Origin: a bacterium
GTDB lineage: Bacteria; Hydrothermota; 32-111
Reading direction: 5' to 3'
NCBI GenBank assembly: GCA_050239825.1
Contig: JBFXGO010000013.1
Span: 1-47,659, forward strand
Length of the DNA stretch: 47,659 nt
Shown: piece after piece, positions 1 through 12,942 of the stretch
Layout: the number at the start of each line of letters is the position of its first letter
Position numbering within the stretch: position 1 is the first letter of the stretch
Notes under the pieces: model-generated
Seen by the model: only the letters and a program-made list of their open reading frames with translations
Told to the model about the DNA's origin: nothing
Database searches by the model: none
Position numbers and translations under genes: made by a program

Positions 1-337
1 AATCTATTCCAGTTTCAAACATTCTTTTATTAATCACATATTTACTATCGAATTCGATAGAATGCAATGCATAAATAGTTGCGGCAAGCAATTCAAAAGG
101 ATCCAAAGTGGGATCCCCATGATTCACCATATATGAATTTTCTTCTCCCCTGTAGCATACTCCTAAATTATACCCTATTGAAAAATGCGGTTTCTCTTTC
201 TTTGTCTGAGGGTTTATAATTGATATTGAAACTGTATCTGTTGTAATAGAATCAGGAGTAATTGTATCCTGCAAGTCATCTGAAAATAACCAAGTACTTA
301 ATAAAACAATCAGAAAACCACACAAAACCTTTTTCAT
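1..337 (-). CDS. Exported hypothetical protein, 3' end runs off the window
   Basis: Read manually: ATG at 337, AAGGAG RBS upstream, open frame MKKVLCGFLIVLLSTWLFS-DDLQDTITPDSI... to the window edge; signal-peptide-like N-terminus. Confidence 0.75.
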   Translation of the reverse strand, partial: MKKVLCGFLIVLLSTWLFSDDLQDTITPDSITTDTVSISIINPQTKKEKPHFSIGYNLGVCYRGEENSYMVNHGDPTLDPFELLAATIYALHSIEFDSKYVINKRMFETGID

Positions 338-358
338 AAACTCTCCTTCATTAAGAAA

Positions 359-386
359 ATTATACTATTAGTTTGTTAAATGTCAA
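359..386 (-). promoter_or_regulatory. Sigma70-type promoter for the 1..337 gene
   Basis: Minus strand TTGACA (386-381), 16-nt spacer, TATAAT (364-359). Confidence 0.7.
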
Positions 387-489
387 TGTATACAAAATAA
401 CAAATCTATAGAAAGCATTTTTTAAGTATTTTCTAAGTTAAGAATGAGAGTGTTAAGGAAGAAATAGTATTGGTCTGAATTTGAATTAC

Positions 490-515
490 AAAAGAGCGGG
501 GATGCCCGCTCTTTT
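490..515. terminator. Intrinsic terminator, probably bidirectional, after the V-ATPase operon
   Basis: AAAAGAGCGGG-gatg-CCCGCTCTTTT perfect hairpin with A/T tracts on both sides. Confidence 0.8.
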
Positions 516-524
516 TATTTTTTC

Positions 525-548
525 AGCTCATGGCGCAAGGCACACGGC
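525..548 (-). repeat. Short heptamer run GCCNTGN
   Basis: Minus strand reads GCCGTGT GCCTTGC GCCATGA GCT, the same family as the runs at 30740 and 47059. Confidence 0.6.
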
Positions 549-558
549 TTACTGCGTT

Positions 559-1017
559 TTATTCTCCTGAAAGCGCCTTTTCAACCTTCTTCTGAATCTC
601 TGTGTTGAGAGGGTCTGTAAGGCCTGCCGCCACCCATTCAAACTCCGAAGGAGACATATTGTTTGTCTTGTAGATGTTCGCCTCTTTCTGTTCCCACTCC
701 TTCATTATCGCCTCAAAATCGCTCTTCGCGCCGGGACCGAATTTGTCGAGATTTTCAAGGTCTGTCTCATCCTTCATTCCGTATTTTGCCTTGAATGCCA
801 TCACCTTTTCGCTTATCACAAGCAATTCTTTTGACATCATGCTTGCAGTTGAGATATAGCGGTTCATCTGCTCTTCCGTTATCTTTCCGTCTGAAGGCGG
901 AGTGTACTGCTCAACCTGTGATTCCGCCTCATTCAGATTCTTCGCCGAATCCGACGGGGTGCATCCGAACACAAAGAGAAGAGCCAAAATCATCAAAACA
1001 AAAATCATATTTTTCAT
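559..1017 (-). CDS. Lipoprotein, hypothetical
   Basis: ORF 559..1041, likely start 1017 (GGAGGA RBS); MKNMIFVLMILALLFVFG-C lipobox. Confidence 0.75.
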   Translation of the reverse strand: MKNMIFVLMILALLFVFGCTPSDSAKNLNEAESQVEQYTPPSDGKITEEQMNRYISTASMMSKELLVISEKVMAFKAKYGMKDETDLENLDKFGPGAKSDFEAIMKEWEQKEANIYKTNNMSPSEFEWVAAGLTDPLNTEIQKKVEKALSGE

Positions 1018-1037
1018 AAATCCTCCTGTTATTTTTT

Positions 1038-1658
1038 TCAATGTTCCCTTACCACGTCTTTCACTTTCATCAGACGAGTGAGATTTGACCTTTCAAGCTC
1101 CGCAAGCTTCATTGTGATGAATTTTATCGTATCGCGGAGAGACGGAATGAGCTTGTACTCAAGAGCATTCACTCTTCTCCTTGTCTTATCAATTTCATCC
1201 GCAAGAAGTTGTATTCTCTTCTCCATCTCTGCAAGGTTAAAGAGTGTTTCTATGAGTCTGTCAAATCTAATCAGAGCGACATCCATCTCGCCGGATGTGT
1301 TCATATATCCGTATGAGATGATGTTGCCTGTTACTTCACTCTTAAAAAGCGGCATTTTAACAGACATTACGATCTTCGTCTCCACATTAACCGTCATTTT
1401 CTTTGTCGGCAGAGATAGCGCCTCCTCCATCTGCATCCTTCCAAGCTCGCTCTGCGACAATACAAATGATTGAAGAATCGATTGGAAGTTGGTCTCAATC
1501 TCCATTCTCTTCTCTTTCACCTCATTTATCTGCGAGAGCATCTGCCTCATCAGCTCATCCTGTTTGTCTTTCAGCAGTTTGTGTCCCCTTACTGCTATCT
1601 TCAGTCTCTTCTTCAGCTGTTGCAGCTCCATCCTTGTCGCATTGACATTTAAAACCAC
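1038..1658 (-). CDS. atpD: V/A-type ATP synthase subunit D
   Basis: NATRMEL, RGHKLLKDKQDEL and KTRRRVNALE motifs. Confidence 0.95.
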   Translation of the reverse strand: MVLNVNATRMELQQLKKRLKIAVRGHKLLKDKQDELMRQMLSQINEVKEKRMEIETNFQSILQSFVLSQSELGRMQMEEALSLPTKKMTVNVETKIVMSVKMPLFKSEVTGNIISYGYMNTSGEMDVALIRFDRLIETLFNLAEMEKRIQLLADEIDKTRRRVNALEYKLIPSLRDTIKFITMKLAELERSNLTRLMKVKDVVREH

Positions 1659-3034
1659 TATTCAGCCCTCTTATAGTACTTATCGAGATTTTCATCGCGC
1701 ACCCTTTTAAGCTCTTCGCGCGGGAATATTGAGAGAAGCTTCCATCCAAGATTCAAGGTCTCTTCAATTGTTCTGTTTTCATACTCTCCCTGAGAGACAT
1801 ACTCTCTTTCGAAGTCCTCCGCGAACTTAAAATAAAGTTTGTCAATATCAGTTAGTGCCGACTCTCCGAGTATCACAGCAAGCTCCTGCGCCTCTTTGCC
1901 CCTTGCATAAGCGGCATAGAGCTGATTGAATAAATCAGCATGGTCCTCTCTTGTCTTTCCCTTTCCTATACCTTTGTCTTTTAGACGGGAGAGTGAAGGA
2001 AGAACATCAACAGGAGGTGAAATCTTCTTTCTGTGCAGAGAGCGCGAAAGAATTATCTGACCCTCCGTTATATATCCTGTCAAATCGGGTATCGGATGCG
2101 TTTTGTCGTCTTCAGGCATTGTGAGAATTGGAATCAATGTTATAGAGCCCTTCTTATTCTTTATCCTTCCTGCTCTTTCATATATCATTGAAAGGTCAGT
2201 GTAAAGGTATCCCGGATATCCTCTTCTTCCGGGTATCTCTTTTCTTGCCGCAGAGACCTCTCTTAATGCTTCGCAGTAATTGGTCAAATCTGTGAGTATT
2301 ACAAGAACATGCATGTCTTTTTCAAAGGCAAGATACTCTGCTGTTGTGAGAGCGACTCTCGGTGTCGCTATTCTCTCGATTGCAGGGTCGTCAGCAAGAT
2401 TCAAGAATAGAACGCTTCTTGTCAAAGCTCCGGTCTTTCTGAAATCATCTATGAAAAACTGCGCCTCTTCAAATGTTATTCCCATAGCTCCAAAAACTAC
2501 TGCGAACTGTTCATCCTTTCCGAGAACAGTCGCCTGACGAGCTATCTGTGCCGCCATACGGTTGTGCGGCAAACCCGAGCCCGAGAAGAGCGGAAGCTTC
2601 TGCCCTCTCACAAGAGTATTGAGTCCGTCAATAGTCGATATTCCGGTCTGTATGAATTCATTCGGATAATCCCTTGCAAAAGGATTTATCGGCGAACCAT
2701 TTATGTCGAGAAACTGCTCAGGCAGTATTTCATCATTCTTTGTCTTCGGCTTTCCCAGTCCGGTATAAACCTTTCCAAGCATCTCTTTTGAAAGGGCAAT
2801 CTGTATTCCCCTTCCCAAAAAGCGCGTTTTTGTCTTGTCAATATCTATACCCGAAGTCCCTTCAAAGACCTGCACGAGCGCCTTGTCCCCGTTTACTTCG
2901 AGAACTTTGCCCGTACGCCTGCTCTTGTCCGCGAGTTCAATTTCAACAAGCTCTTCATACTTAACATCCTTTACATTCTCAACGAGAATAAGGGGTCCCA
3001 CTATGTTAACGAGTCCTTTGTATTCTTTAATCAT
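1658..3034 (-). CDS. atpB: V/A-type ATP synthase subunit B
   Basis: [46 protein letters not shown]. Confidence 0.97.
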   Translation of the reverse strand: MIKEYKGLVNIVGPLILVENVKDVKYEELVEIELADKSRRTGKVLEVNGDKALVQVFEGTSGIDIDKTKTRFLGRGIQIALSKEMLGKVYTGLGKPKTKNDEILPEQFLDINGSPINPFARDYPNEFIQTGISTIDGLNTLVRGQKLPLFSGSGLPHNRMAAQIARQATVLGKDEQFAVVFGAMGITFEEAQFFIDDFRKTGALTRSVLFLNLADDPAIERIATPRVALTTAEYLAFEKDMHVLVILTDLTNYCEALREVSAARKEIPGRRGYPGYLYTDLSMIYERAGRIKNKKGSITLIPILTMPEDDKTHPIPDLTGYITEGQIILSRSLHRKKISPPVDVLPSLSRLKDKGIGKGKTREDHADLFNQLYAAYARGKEAQELAVILGESALTDIDKLYFKFAEDFEREYVSQGEYENRTIEETLNLGWKLLSIFPREELKRVRDENLDKYYKRAE

Positions 3035-3046
3035 TTGATGCCCCTG

Positions 3047-4813
3047 TTATATGTTTTTAGCCAAGAGCTCAAGCTCTTTGTCTATTTCATTCTTTATATC
3101 GTCTATAGATGATATTGACTCTTTTGGAGTGTACTTCATTCTTGCTATTCTGTCCTTCACTTTCACGCTCTCCAACGAAGAGATTTCAACTCCCTTCTGC
3201 AGAGTCTCCTTTGCCTTTAAGTAGAAATAATTAATTACTGATATCATCTTGTACTGTTTCTCTACCGATGAGTATGTGTCAATTTCATGGAATGCATTCT
3301 GATGCAGAAAATCCTCTCTTATCATCCTTGCAGTGAGAAGTATCAATCTGTCAGTTCCGCTTAACGCGTCAACTCCGACAAGTCTCACTACTTCATCAAG
3401 CTCCGACTCCTCTTCAAGTATGCGCATGGAGCTTCCCTGAAGGTCAAAGTAATCCTCAGCTACATTCTTCAAAATATACTCTTTTATATTTTCATTGTAA
3501 AGAGAGTACGAATTCAGCCATGAAATTGCAGGGAAATGACGGCTGTATGCAAGTTGCGCCTCCAATGACCAGAAGACCTTTACCACTCTAAGCGTTGACT
3601 GGACTACAGGGTCTGAGAGGTCTCCGCCGGGAGGAGAGACTGCTCCTATTACCGAGAGAGCTCCCTCGCGTTCTTCTGTCGAAAGGCATTTTACTCTTCC
3701 CGCCCTTTCGTAAAATGATGCTATCTTAGCTCCAAGGTATGCAGGATATCCCTCTTCTCCGGGCATCTCTTCAAGACGGCCGGAAATTTCTCTCATCGCC
3801 TCAGCCCACCTTGATGTGGAATCAGCCATGAGAGCGACTGAATAGCCCATATCCCTGAAATACTCTGCTATTGTTATTCCCGTGTAAACCGACGCTTCTC
3901 TTGCCGCAACAGGCATATTTGAAGTATTTGCAATAAGAACCGTGCGCTTCATCAGAGGTTCGCCTGATTTCGGGTCAACAAGCTCCGGAAATTCAAGAAG
4001 AACATCAGTCATTTCGTTTCCTCGTTCTCCACAACCTATGTAAACAATCACCTCTGCGTCAGCCCACTTTGCAAGCTGGTGCTGTATGACTGTCTTTCCA
4101 GAACCGAAGGGACCGGGAACACAGGCTGTGCCTCCCTTTGCTATCGGGAAGAACATGTCAACCACTCTCTGTCCGGTAAATAGCGGCATTTCAGGAGAAA
4201 GTTTTTCAAAATACGGACGGGGCTTTCTTACAGCCCATCTCTGTAGCATCTTTATTTCAATGTCTTTGTTTTCATCGGTTAAAACAGCGACTGTCTCTTC
4301 AACAGTGAAATCTCCCTCTTTAATCTCTTTTACCTTGCCTTTTTTGTACGGAGGAACCATTATGTAATGCTTTATAAGCGTCGTCTCCTGCACATAACCG
4401 AGTTTGTCCCCCTCGTTGACAATGTCATTCTTCTTTACAAGGGGGATGAATTTCCATTTTTTTTCTCTGGAGACTGATTTGACCTGAATTCCTCTTGTGA
4501 TGAAGTTTCCCACCATATCATAAATTTTGTCGAGGGGTCTCTGTGTGCCGTCATAAATTGATTCTATAAGCCCGGGTCCGAGCTCTACCGAAAGCGGCTC
4601 TCCTGTCGGGAAGACCGGCTCTCCCACTCCTATTCCTTCTGTTTCTTCATAGACCTGAATGTACGCCTTGTCTCCATTGAGTTCAATTATCTCCCCCATC
4701 AGTCTTTTTTCAGAGACAGAGACGACATCAAACATCTTGCTTCCCAGCATATTATCTGCAATCACGAGCGGTCCGGCAACTTTGATGATTCTTCCGTTTT
4801 TATCCATGTTCAC
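3047..4813 (-). CDS. atpA: V/A-type ATP synthase catalytic subunit A
   Basis: Walker [43 protein letters not shown]; no intein. Confidence 0.97.
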   Translation of the reverse strand: MNMDKNGRIIKVAGPLVIADNMLGSKMFDVVSVSEKRLMGEIIELNGDKAYIQVYEETEGIGVGEPVFPTGEPLSVELGPGLIESIYDGTQRPLDKIYDMVGNFITRGIQVKSVSREKKWKFIPLVKKNDIVNEGDKLGYVQETTLIKHYIMVPPYKKGKVKEIKEGDFTVEETVAVLTDENKDIEIKMLQRWAVRKPRPYFEKLSPEMPLFTGQRVVDMFFPIAKGGTACVPGPFGSGKTVIQHQLAKWADAEVIVYIGCGERGNEMTDVLLEFPELVDPKSGEPLMKRTVLIANTSNMPVAAREASVYTGITIAEYFRDMGYSVALMADSTSRWAEAMREISGRLEEMPGEEGYPAYLGAKIASFYERAGRVKCLSTEEREGALSVIGAVSPPGGDLSDPVVQSTLRVVKVFWSLEAQLAYSRHFPAISWLNSYSLYNENIKEYILKNVAEDYFDLQGSSMRILEEESELDEVVRLVGVDALSGTDRLILLTARMIREDFLHQNAFHEIDTYSSVEKQYKMISVINYFYLKAKETLQKGVEISSLESVKVKDRIARMKYTPKESISSIDDIKNEIDKELELLAKNI

Positions 4814-4817
4814 TCCA

Positions 4818-5141
4818 TTATTTTTCTTTCATTACATCAGCCCCCACAGCCTTTATTATTGACTGACGCAACTTTTCGAGGGCATAATTATTGCGCTCTT
4901 TAAGCCCGGGAACAACTACTATCGAAGGCAGCATTTTTGAAGAGTGTTTCTTTATTTCACTGTCCAAAGAGGCGGCTATCGATTCAGTTATGAAAATCAC
5001 CGCATACCCTTCCTTTGCGAGTTTGGCGAGTGTTTGAGCTGCATCCTGTCTGTCTTCTGATGGAAAGACATCCACTCCCACAGCTTTGAATATGAGCATA
5101 ACATCATTTTCGCCGATTGCGCCTATTTTTGCGGCAGTCAT
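4818..5141 (-). CDS. atpF: V/A-type ATP synthase subunit F
   Basis: KIGAIGE...FKAVGV, C-terminal IIKAVGAD, 107 aa, operon position. Confidence 0.9.
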   Translation of the reverse strand: MTAAKIGAIGENDVMLIFKAVGVDVFPSEDRQDAAQTLAKLAKEGYAVIFITESIAASLDSEIKKHSSKMLPSIVVVPGLKERNNYALEKLRQSIIKAVGADVMKEK

Positions 5142-6157
5142 AGTCCGGGTATCCTGTGTTTTATCTTTTCTTTGCTTATATTGTTGATGATTCCATTATA
5201 GATTATGTTGAGACTGCGGGCTTCAAAGCGTTTTCTTATGAAAAAGCCGAGAACCCGCTCTAAAGAGGCGGATGCCTTTGAAGCTTCGCTGAAGAATTTA
5301 AGTATGAATTCCTCCTCATTCTTTTCAAATGAAGCAAAGGTCTCCTCAGAGTAGAGAAGATGTGTGCCCTGCATTATCATCTTTGTGTATTCTCTCTTTT
5401 CTATAGACTGAGCAAAATAATCAATGCTCTCCTGTTCAAATTGTCTGAAAAAATCAACATCAAGATATCCTCCGATGTAGAGGAACTCTTCGTACCTGAA
5501 CTTTTCTCCGGCAACCTTTGACCTGTACACATTCTTTATGTTGAGCATATCCACTCTGTGCTTCATAAGTTCGATCAAGGGAGCTGATTTGGATGAAGCA
5601 ACATACTTTTCAAGTTTTGTAAAGAAAAACTGTTCAAGCTTCAACTCTATTATTCTGAAATCTTCGGTTTCGGATGTAATCTCAAACATCCTCTCCATCA
5701 GGTCTCTTATCGGACTTTCAAGTTTCGACGCGTCCTTTGATTCATAGGCGTATTTGAGGTCTTCAAATCCGTATGAAGATGTCAGAAATATCTGTTTCAA
5801 ATCTCTTTTCAGCGCGGATGACTTTAAAATCACTTTGACATTGTGCAGGTCCCTGTCGAGTATTAAAAATTCAATCAGGTTCTTGTGCGCATCCATCAGA
5901 TGTTCCCTAAGATACTCTATTGCAAGCAATGTCTCCTGCTCCATCATAAACTCGGTTGTTCCGCTTTTCTTAACATCATCAATATACTTTGAATAGCAAG
6001 ATTCATTGAGTATTCTTAGAAAATCATCCTTTGACTGCGATGACAATAATCTTTCAAGCTCCTCTCTTGTCAGAAACTCCGCCTCTCTCTCGGTGAGCTC
6101 TCCTGATGAGAACAGATAGTCCCCGAAATCCTTTGCTTCAATTTCAAAGAGACTCAA
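5138..6157 (-). CDS. atpC: V/A-type ATP synthase subunit C (d)
   Basis: DLHNVKVILK, D-x-x-N-I-K and GGYL motifs; 339 aa; operon position. Confidence 0.88.
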   Translation of the reverse strand: MSLFEIEAKDFGDYLFSSGELTEREAEFLTREELERLLSSQSKDDFLRILNESCYSKYIDDVKKSGTTEFMMEQETLLAIEYLREHLMDAHKNLIEFLILDRDLHNVKVILKSSALKRDLKQIFLTSSYGFEDLKYAYESKDASKLESPIRDLMERMFEITSETEDFRIIELKLEQFFFTKLEKYVASSKSAPLIELMKHRVDMLNIKNVYRSKVAGEKFRYEEFLYIGGYLDVDFFRQFEQESIDYFAQSIEKREYTKMIMQGTHLLYSEETFASFEKNEEEFILKFFSEASKASASLERVLGFFIRKRFEARSLNIIYNGIINNISKEKIKHRIPGL

Positions 6158-6738
6158 TTATTCTCCCCTTTGAAGAGTTCGCTGTTTATCAAGGATAGCA
6201 TCTTCTCTCTTCCGTATTCAATGTCGGTCAGAAGGGAGAGTGTGTAGTGGGTTCTCCCGGATATAATTTTTATGCCGTATTCAAAATCCGCGGGATCCTT
6301 TGACTCCTGAATTTTAGCAGGCTTGAAAATCTGTTTAATAAAAGCGGCGTCTATATGCTCTTCTTTTGAGCCTATCAGAAACTCGCCTTCAGTTATATTT
6401 ATCTGCGACGCATTCTTTTTAAAATACTCCCTATACTCATCCTTTGGAAGTTTCACCGCCTCATCTCTGACTTTTTTCAGAACTTGCTCCACCATCTCCA
6501 TTTTTTTTCTAAGAATCTGCTGTCTTCTCAAAGAATCATTCTGCGATATTCTTTTTGCATAAGCTTGTTTATAGAGAGTTTCAGAGATTTTCTTTGCTTC
6601 ATCAAGAAGATCATTAGCAGATTCCCTGCTTTTGTTTACAATTGATTTTGCCTGGGCTTTCGCCTCATTTTTTATCTCTTCCGCTTCTTTCAAAGCATCC
6701 TCAATTATTTTTTTCGAGAGATTCTCTAACTCAGCCAT
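6154..6738 (-). CDS. atpE: V/A-type ATP synthase subunit E
   Basis: N-terminal coiled coil KIIEDALKEAEEI; lies between K and C. Confidence 0.85.
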   Translation of the reverse strand: MAELENLSKKIIEDALKEAEEIKNEAKAQAKSIVNKSRESANDLLDEAKKISETLYKQAYAKRISQNDSLRRQQILRKKMEMVEQVLKKVRDEAVKLPKDEYREYFKKNASQINITEGEFLIGSKEEHIDAAFIKQIFKPAKIQESKDPADFEYGIKIISGRTHYTLSLLTDIEYGREKMLSLINSELFKGENN

Positions 6739-6747
6739 TTTTTTTCC

Positions 6748-9302
<2,555 letters not shown>

Positions 9303-9614
9303 TTATTTCAAAATCTCCTTAATAATTACTGAAACCGCGCTCTGGGAATTCTTTTTTGCCAATGTTTCAAGGCTCTTGATATATTTTTCATCCTCTGATT
9401 TCTGAGTCTCATAAATTTTCATTGCTTCAGCTTCTCCCGCCACCTGCGCCTCCTTAAACATCTTCGTCTTTTGTTCCAAAGCAGACTTGCTTATCTGCTT
9501 TGACTCAATAGAGGCCTTGGAAATTATCTCATGCGCCTCAATTTTGGCATCAGATATAATATTCTTTGCTTTTTCTTCAGCATTTTTAATTGATTCTATT
9601 ATATTATCTATCAT
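9303..9614 (-). CDS. V/A-type ATP synthase peripheral stalk subunit G/H
   Basis: 103-aa coiled coil IKNAEEKAKNII, first gene of the operon. Confidence 0.8.
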   Translation of the reverse strand: MIDNIIESIKNAEEKAKNIISDAKIEAHEIISKASIESKQISKSALEQKTKMFKEAQVAGEAEAMKIYETQKSEDEKYIKSLETLAKKNSQSAVSVIIKEILK

Positions 9615-9641
9615 AGCGCTCCTTATATTTTTAAAAAGAAG

Positions 9642-9669
9642 ATTATATCATTTAAAATTACCATGTCAA
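9642..9669 (-). promoter_or_regulatory. Sigma70-type promoter of the V-ATPase operon
   Basis: Minus strand TTGACA (9669-9664), 16-nt spacer, TATAAT (9647-9642), with an extended TGn. Confidence 0.75.
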
Positions 9670-9732
9670 TAAAAACATAGTTGTACAAAATAAATTTGAA
9701 GAGAATGCCGGAGCGGCTATTTTTTTGCTTCT

Positions 9733-10227
9733 TCAGGGCGCAAAAATAGTATTGTTCATCCACACCATCAAAGTTGATATGCCAAGCACCCCCAAACAGC
9801 AGCCGCCCACTCCGCCGAGGAGACAGCAGGCGCTTGTTCCTCCCTTCTTTTCCGCCAGAAGCGTGTTGGTTTGTTTATTTTTAATTATTATCGTCTTGTT
9901 CTCATCCGGTTTGATGAATACAGACTCTGTGCCGAGAGATACAGCTTCATTGATTTTTTTCCCGCCAAGCGCTCTCGCTTTCTTGTCATTTTCAGAAAAA
10001 ATCGAATCATCATTCTCATCAAAAACCCTTCCTGAAAACATGCTTATCTTGTAGCTTCCCTCACCGACATCCTCAAGAAGAATGGAATCTTTCACAGTTC
10101 CCATTGAAGAGTTGTTTATAAAGATTTCGCTCGGTTGCGCAGAATCTTCAAGAACTATTGTTAATTTAGATGAAAACACACTGACTGCAGAAATCATGAT
10201 GCAGAGAAACGAAATAAGTCCTTTCAT
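9733..10227 (-). CDS. Hypothetical exported protein (PEGA-like beta domain, Cys/Gly-rich C-terminal membrane segment)
   Basis: Signal peptide; EIFIN..SMGT...GSYKI pattern; CCLLGGVGGCCLG tail; GGAGG RBS. Confidence 0.6.
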   Translation of the reverse strand: MKGLISFLCIMISAVSVFSSKLTIVLEDSAQPSEIFINNSSMGTVKDSILLEDVGEGSYKISMFSGRVFDENDDSIFSENDKKARALGGKKINEAVSLGTESVFIKPDENKTIIIKNKQTNTLLAEKKGGTSACCLLGGVGGCCLGVLGISTLMVWMNNTIFAP

Positions 10228-10285
10228 TTTTCCTCCGGTTTCAAATATAAAGATACATTTAAGTTCATATCCGTAGAGATGTTAT

Positions 10286-10756
10286 TCATTCAGCGGCTTT
10301 TTTTGAAAGAATCAGGGAGAGAGAGAAAAGACCGTAAAGAATGAAGAGAACAAGTGAAGCCCAGTATGCAAACTGGTAATTAACTGTTATTAAACCGAAT
10401 GACTCTTCTGTCTGGACAACCCGTGTTTCAAGATTGTTTTTAAAGAGAAGAAGCATTGTCATCCCTGCAAAAGAGACAACTCCATTCAAAAGCAGAAGAG
10501 CTGTTTTTGAAGAGAATGAAAGAATAAGTCCTATTATTGCAGTTGCAAATGCAAATATCATGTAGATGTTTGGATCAATTTTCGACGGAGCGTCGGAATC
10601 TATTTTTTCGGTTTTAAGCTCTTTGCCTGTCACGAACTCTATTCCCTTCACCTCGCTGATTATTGTAGAATCGCACCGTATCTGTGCAAATGGAAGAAAA
10701 AAAAGGATTATTATCAAAATGAATATTGACGGTTTTATATTTATAATTGTTTTCAA
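10286..10756 (-). CDS. Hypothetical membrane protein (about 4 TM)
   Basis: Hydrophobic segments, FFLPF..C motif; AGGAG RBS; alternative start codon. Confidence 0.7.
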   Translation of the reverse strand: MKTIINIKPSIFILIIILFFLPFAQIRCDSTIISEVKGIEFVTGKELKTEKIDSDAPSKIDPNIYMIFAFATAIIGLILSFSSKTALLLLNGVVSFAGMTMLLLFKNNLETRVVQTEESFGLITVNYQFAYWASLVLFILYGLFSLSLILSKKAAE

Positions 10757-10876
10757 GACTCCTCCTTAAAGTTGTATTATTCTATCAGTAAATAGATTTT
10801 TTTTCAATGAAAATTTCACTTAAATTTCGTCTTGAATTTTTCTGTTTTAGGGTGTATATTTTTTAAGGAGGTATTT

Positions 10877-12928
10877 ATGAGAAAATCAGTTCTATTGCTC
10901 TTATTTCTTTTCTTAACAGTGGCTTCTATATCCATATCGGCGGAAAGAACTCTCCTTATAGGCATAACTGACACGCCTCCTCTCGTTTATGAAGAAAACG
11001 GAAAGACAGCGGGATTCTTCATTGACATAATTGAGAAGATAGCAGATGAGGAGAATTGGACTGTTTTTTACAAGCCTGCATCATTAGAAGAGTGCATAGA
11101 GCTTCTCTCGGAGAGCAAAATCGATCTTATTGCGGATATAGGATATTCGGCAGAGAGAGAAAAAAATATGAATTTCAATGAAACAAATGTTCTGATGACT
11201 TGGGCGGCTTTTTATACAAAGAAGGGAGTAAATATAGTAAACTTCAACGACTTGTCCGAAAAAAGAATCGCCGTCGAGAAAAGCGATTTTTTCATTTTTG
11301 ACAAACAGCTCGGTTTGGAATCGACTCTAAAGCGGCTTGGAATAAATTATTCTTTTGTCGTGGTTGAAGGGTACAGGGAGGTTTTAAATGCTGTTAAGGA
11401 GAACAAAGCCGATGTCGGAGTAGTCAATAAAATTTACGGCGCATATACTTCTTCAATACACCGCCTTTCACCTTCTGACCTTATATTCCTGCCTGTTTCG
11501 CTCAGATACGCCTCTCCCAAAAATGACAGCTCAGTAATAAAGGCGATTGACAGACAGCTAAAGAAACTAAAGGAAGACAAAAATTCGATTTATTACAAAT
11601 CTCTTTCAAAACATATTCTGCCGCGAAAACCGATTGTTCCAATTTGGTTTTTGATTTTTTCCATAGGATTGATATCTGCGCTTGTCATTGCATCGGTTTA
11701 CCTTCTTGTCAAATCAAGACAGGCTAAATTGACAGCCGAATCGACTCTAAAAACAGAAGAGTCAAGCCATGCATACACAAGAGTGATTCTTTCACAGCTA
11801 AACAAAACGCTTTATGACATCCTTGATGCAATGCCTATAGGTATATTGAGCATAAATGAAAATTACGATGTGGAATATTCAAACAGAGAGGCTGACAAAA
11901 TACTCTTCTTAAAAAATGTCAGAAAGGATATCTCAGAAATAATATTTATGGATTCAGAGGGTAATAAGCTCGAGAGACTGTTACCTTTTAAAAATCTGAA
12001 AAACTCAAGCCACTATTTGTATGCTGAAAAATTTATGGCTGAGATTGATGGAAACAGAAAGATGGTCATCATCTCTGGAGTGGAATTTTATGACCCGATC
12101 AAAAAGAAGAAGCACGGATTGTTCACAATTGAGGACCTGACCGGGATAAGCCGTCTGGAAGAGGAAAAACGGGCAATGGAAGACAAACTTTTGGAATCTC
12201 AAAGAATAGAGTCAATGGGGCATCTTGTGGGAGGAATCGCCGATGACTTTGACCTTGTTTTGTCTGCGATTCAGGGAAATGCCGAGAGAGCATTGAAGAG
12301 TCTGCCGGAAAATTGCTATGAAACATCGGAGCATCTTAACAGCATAATCAACTCAGCCGCGCTTGCTTCAAATTTTGCCAATCAGCTATTCCTATTCGGT
12401 AGAAAACAGTTGTATGCAATCGAAACGTTGAACATAAACAAGATAACACAGGAGTTTGTCAAACCCATAGGGAAAGTAATAAGAAGCGACATAGAGATTG
12501 AAACGAACCTTTCGGATGAAACATATTTCATCAAGGGAGATTTCAACTTGCTGAGACAGACACTGTTGAATCTGGTAATCAATGCAAGGGATGCAATAGG
12601 CGAAGGCGGCGGTAAGATAAAGATAGAGACATTCAACAGAACAATAAAAAAGGAATACTCTTCGATTTTCGGAATTGTAAATCCCGGGAATTATGCGTGC
12701 ATTTCAGTTTCAGATACCGGAAAAGGCATGGACAGTGAATTCTTCAAAAAAACAATTCAATCGATTGCATCTGAAAATATCGATGGAGGAAGACTCGGGT
12801 TGTCCATTGTCAATAAAATCGTAAAAAGAGAGGGCGGTTTTTTGGAGATTGACAATATCGAAGGAGCCGGTTCAACAGTCAGAGCATGCTTTCCAGATGC
12901 GGGAAATAGGCAAAAGCAGGGAAATTAA
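10877..12928 (+). CDS. Membrane sensor histidine-kinase-like protein (family-3 solute-binding sensor, PAS-like, HisKA, HATPase) with a degenerate H-box
   Basis: Start 10877 (AAGGAGG RBS); PP...GFFIDI sensor; N-box NLVINARDA, DTGKGM, LGLSIV; H-box reads GGIADDFD. Confidence 0.85.
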   Translation: MRKSVLLLLFLFLTVASISISAERTLLIGITDTPPLVYEENGKTAGFFIDIIEKIADEENWTVFYKPASLEECIELLSESKIDLIADIGYSAEREKNMNFNETNVLMTWAAFYTKKGVNIVNFNDLSEKRIAVEKSDFFIFDKQLGLESTLKRLGINYSFVVVEGYREVLNAVKENKADVGVVNKIYGAYTSSIHRLSPSDLIFLPVSLRYASPKNDSSVIKAIDRQLKKLKEDKNSIYYKSLSKHILPRKPIVPIWFLIFSIGLISALVIASVYLLVKSRQAKLTAESTLKTEESSHAYTRVILSQLNKTLYDILDAMPIGILSINENYDVEYSNREADKILFLKNVRKDISEIIFMDSEGNKLERLLPFKNLKNSSHYLYAEKFMAEIDGNRKMVIISGVEFYDPIKKKKHGLFTIEDLTGISRLEEEKRAMEDKLLESQRIESMGHLVGGIADDFDLVLSAIQGNAERALKSLPENCYETSEHLNSIINSAALASNFANQLFLFGRKQLYAIETLNINKITQEFVKPIGKVIRSDIEIETNLSDETYFIKGDFNLLRQTLLNLVINARDAIGEGGGKIKIETFNRTIKKEYSSIFGIVNPGNYACISVSDTGKGMDSEFFKKTIQSIASENIDGGRLGLSIVNKIVKREGGFLEIDNIEGAGSTVRACFPDAGNRQKQGN

Positions 12929-12942
12929 AATACTTTTTAAAA

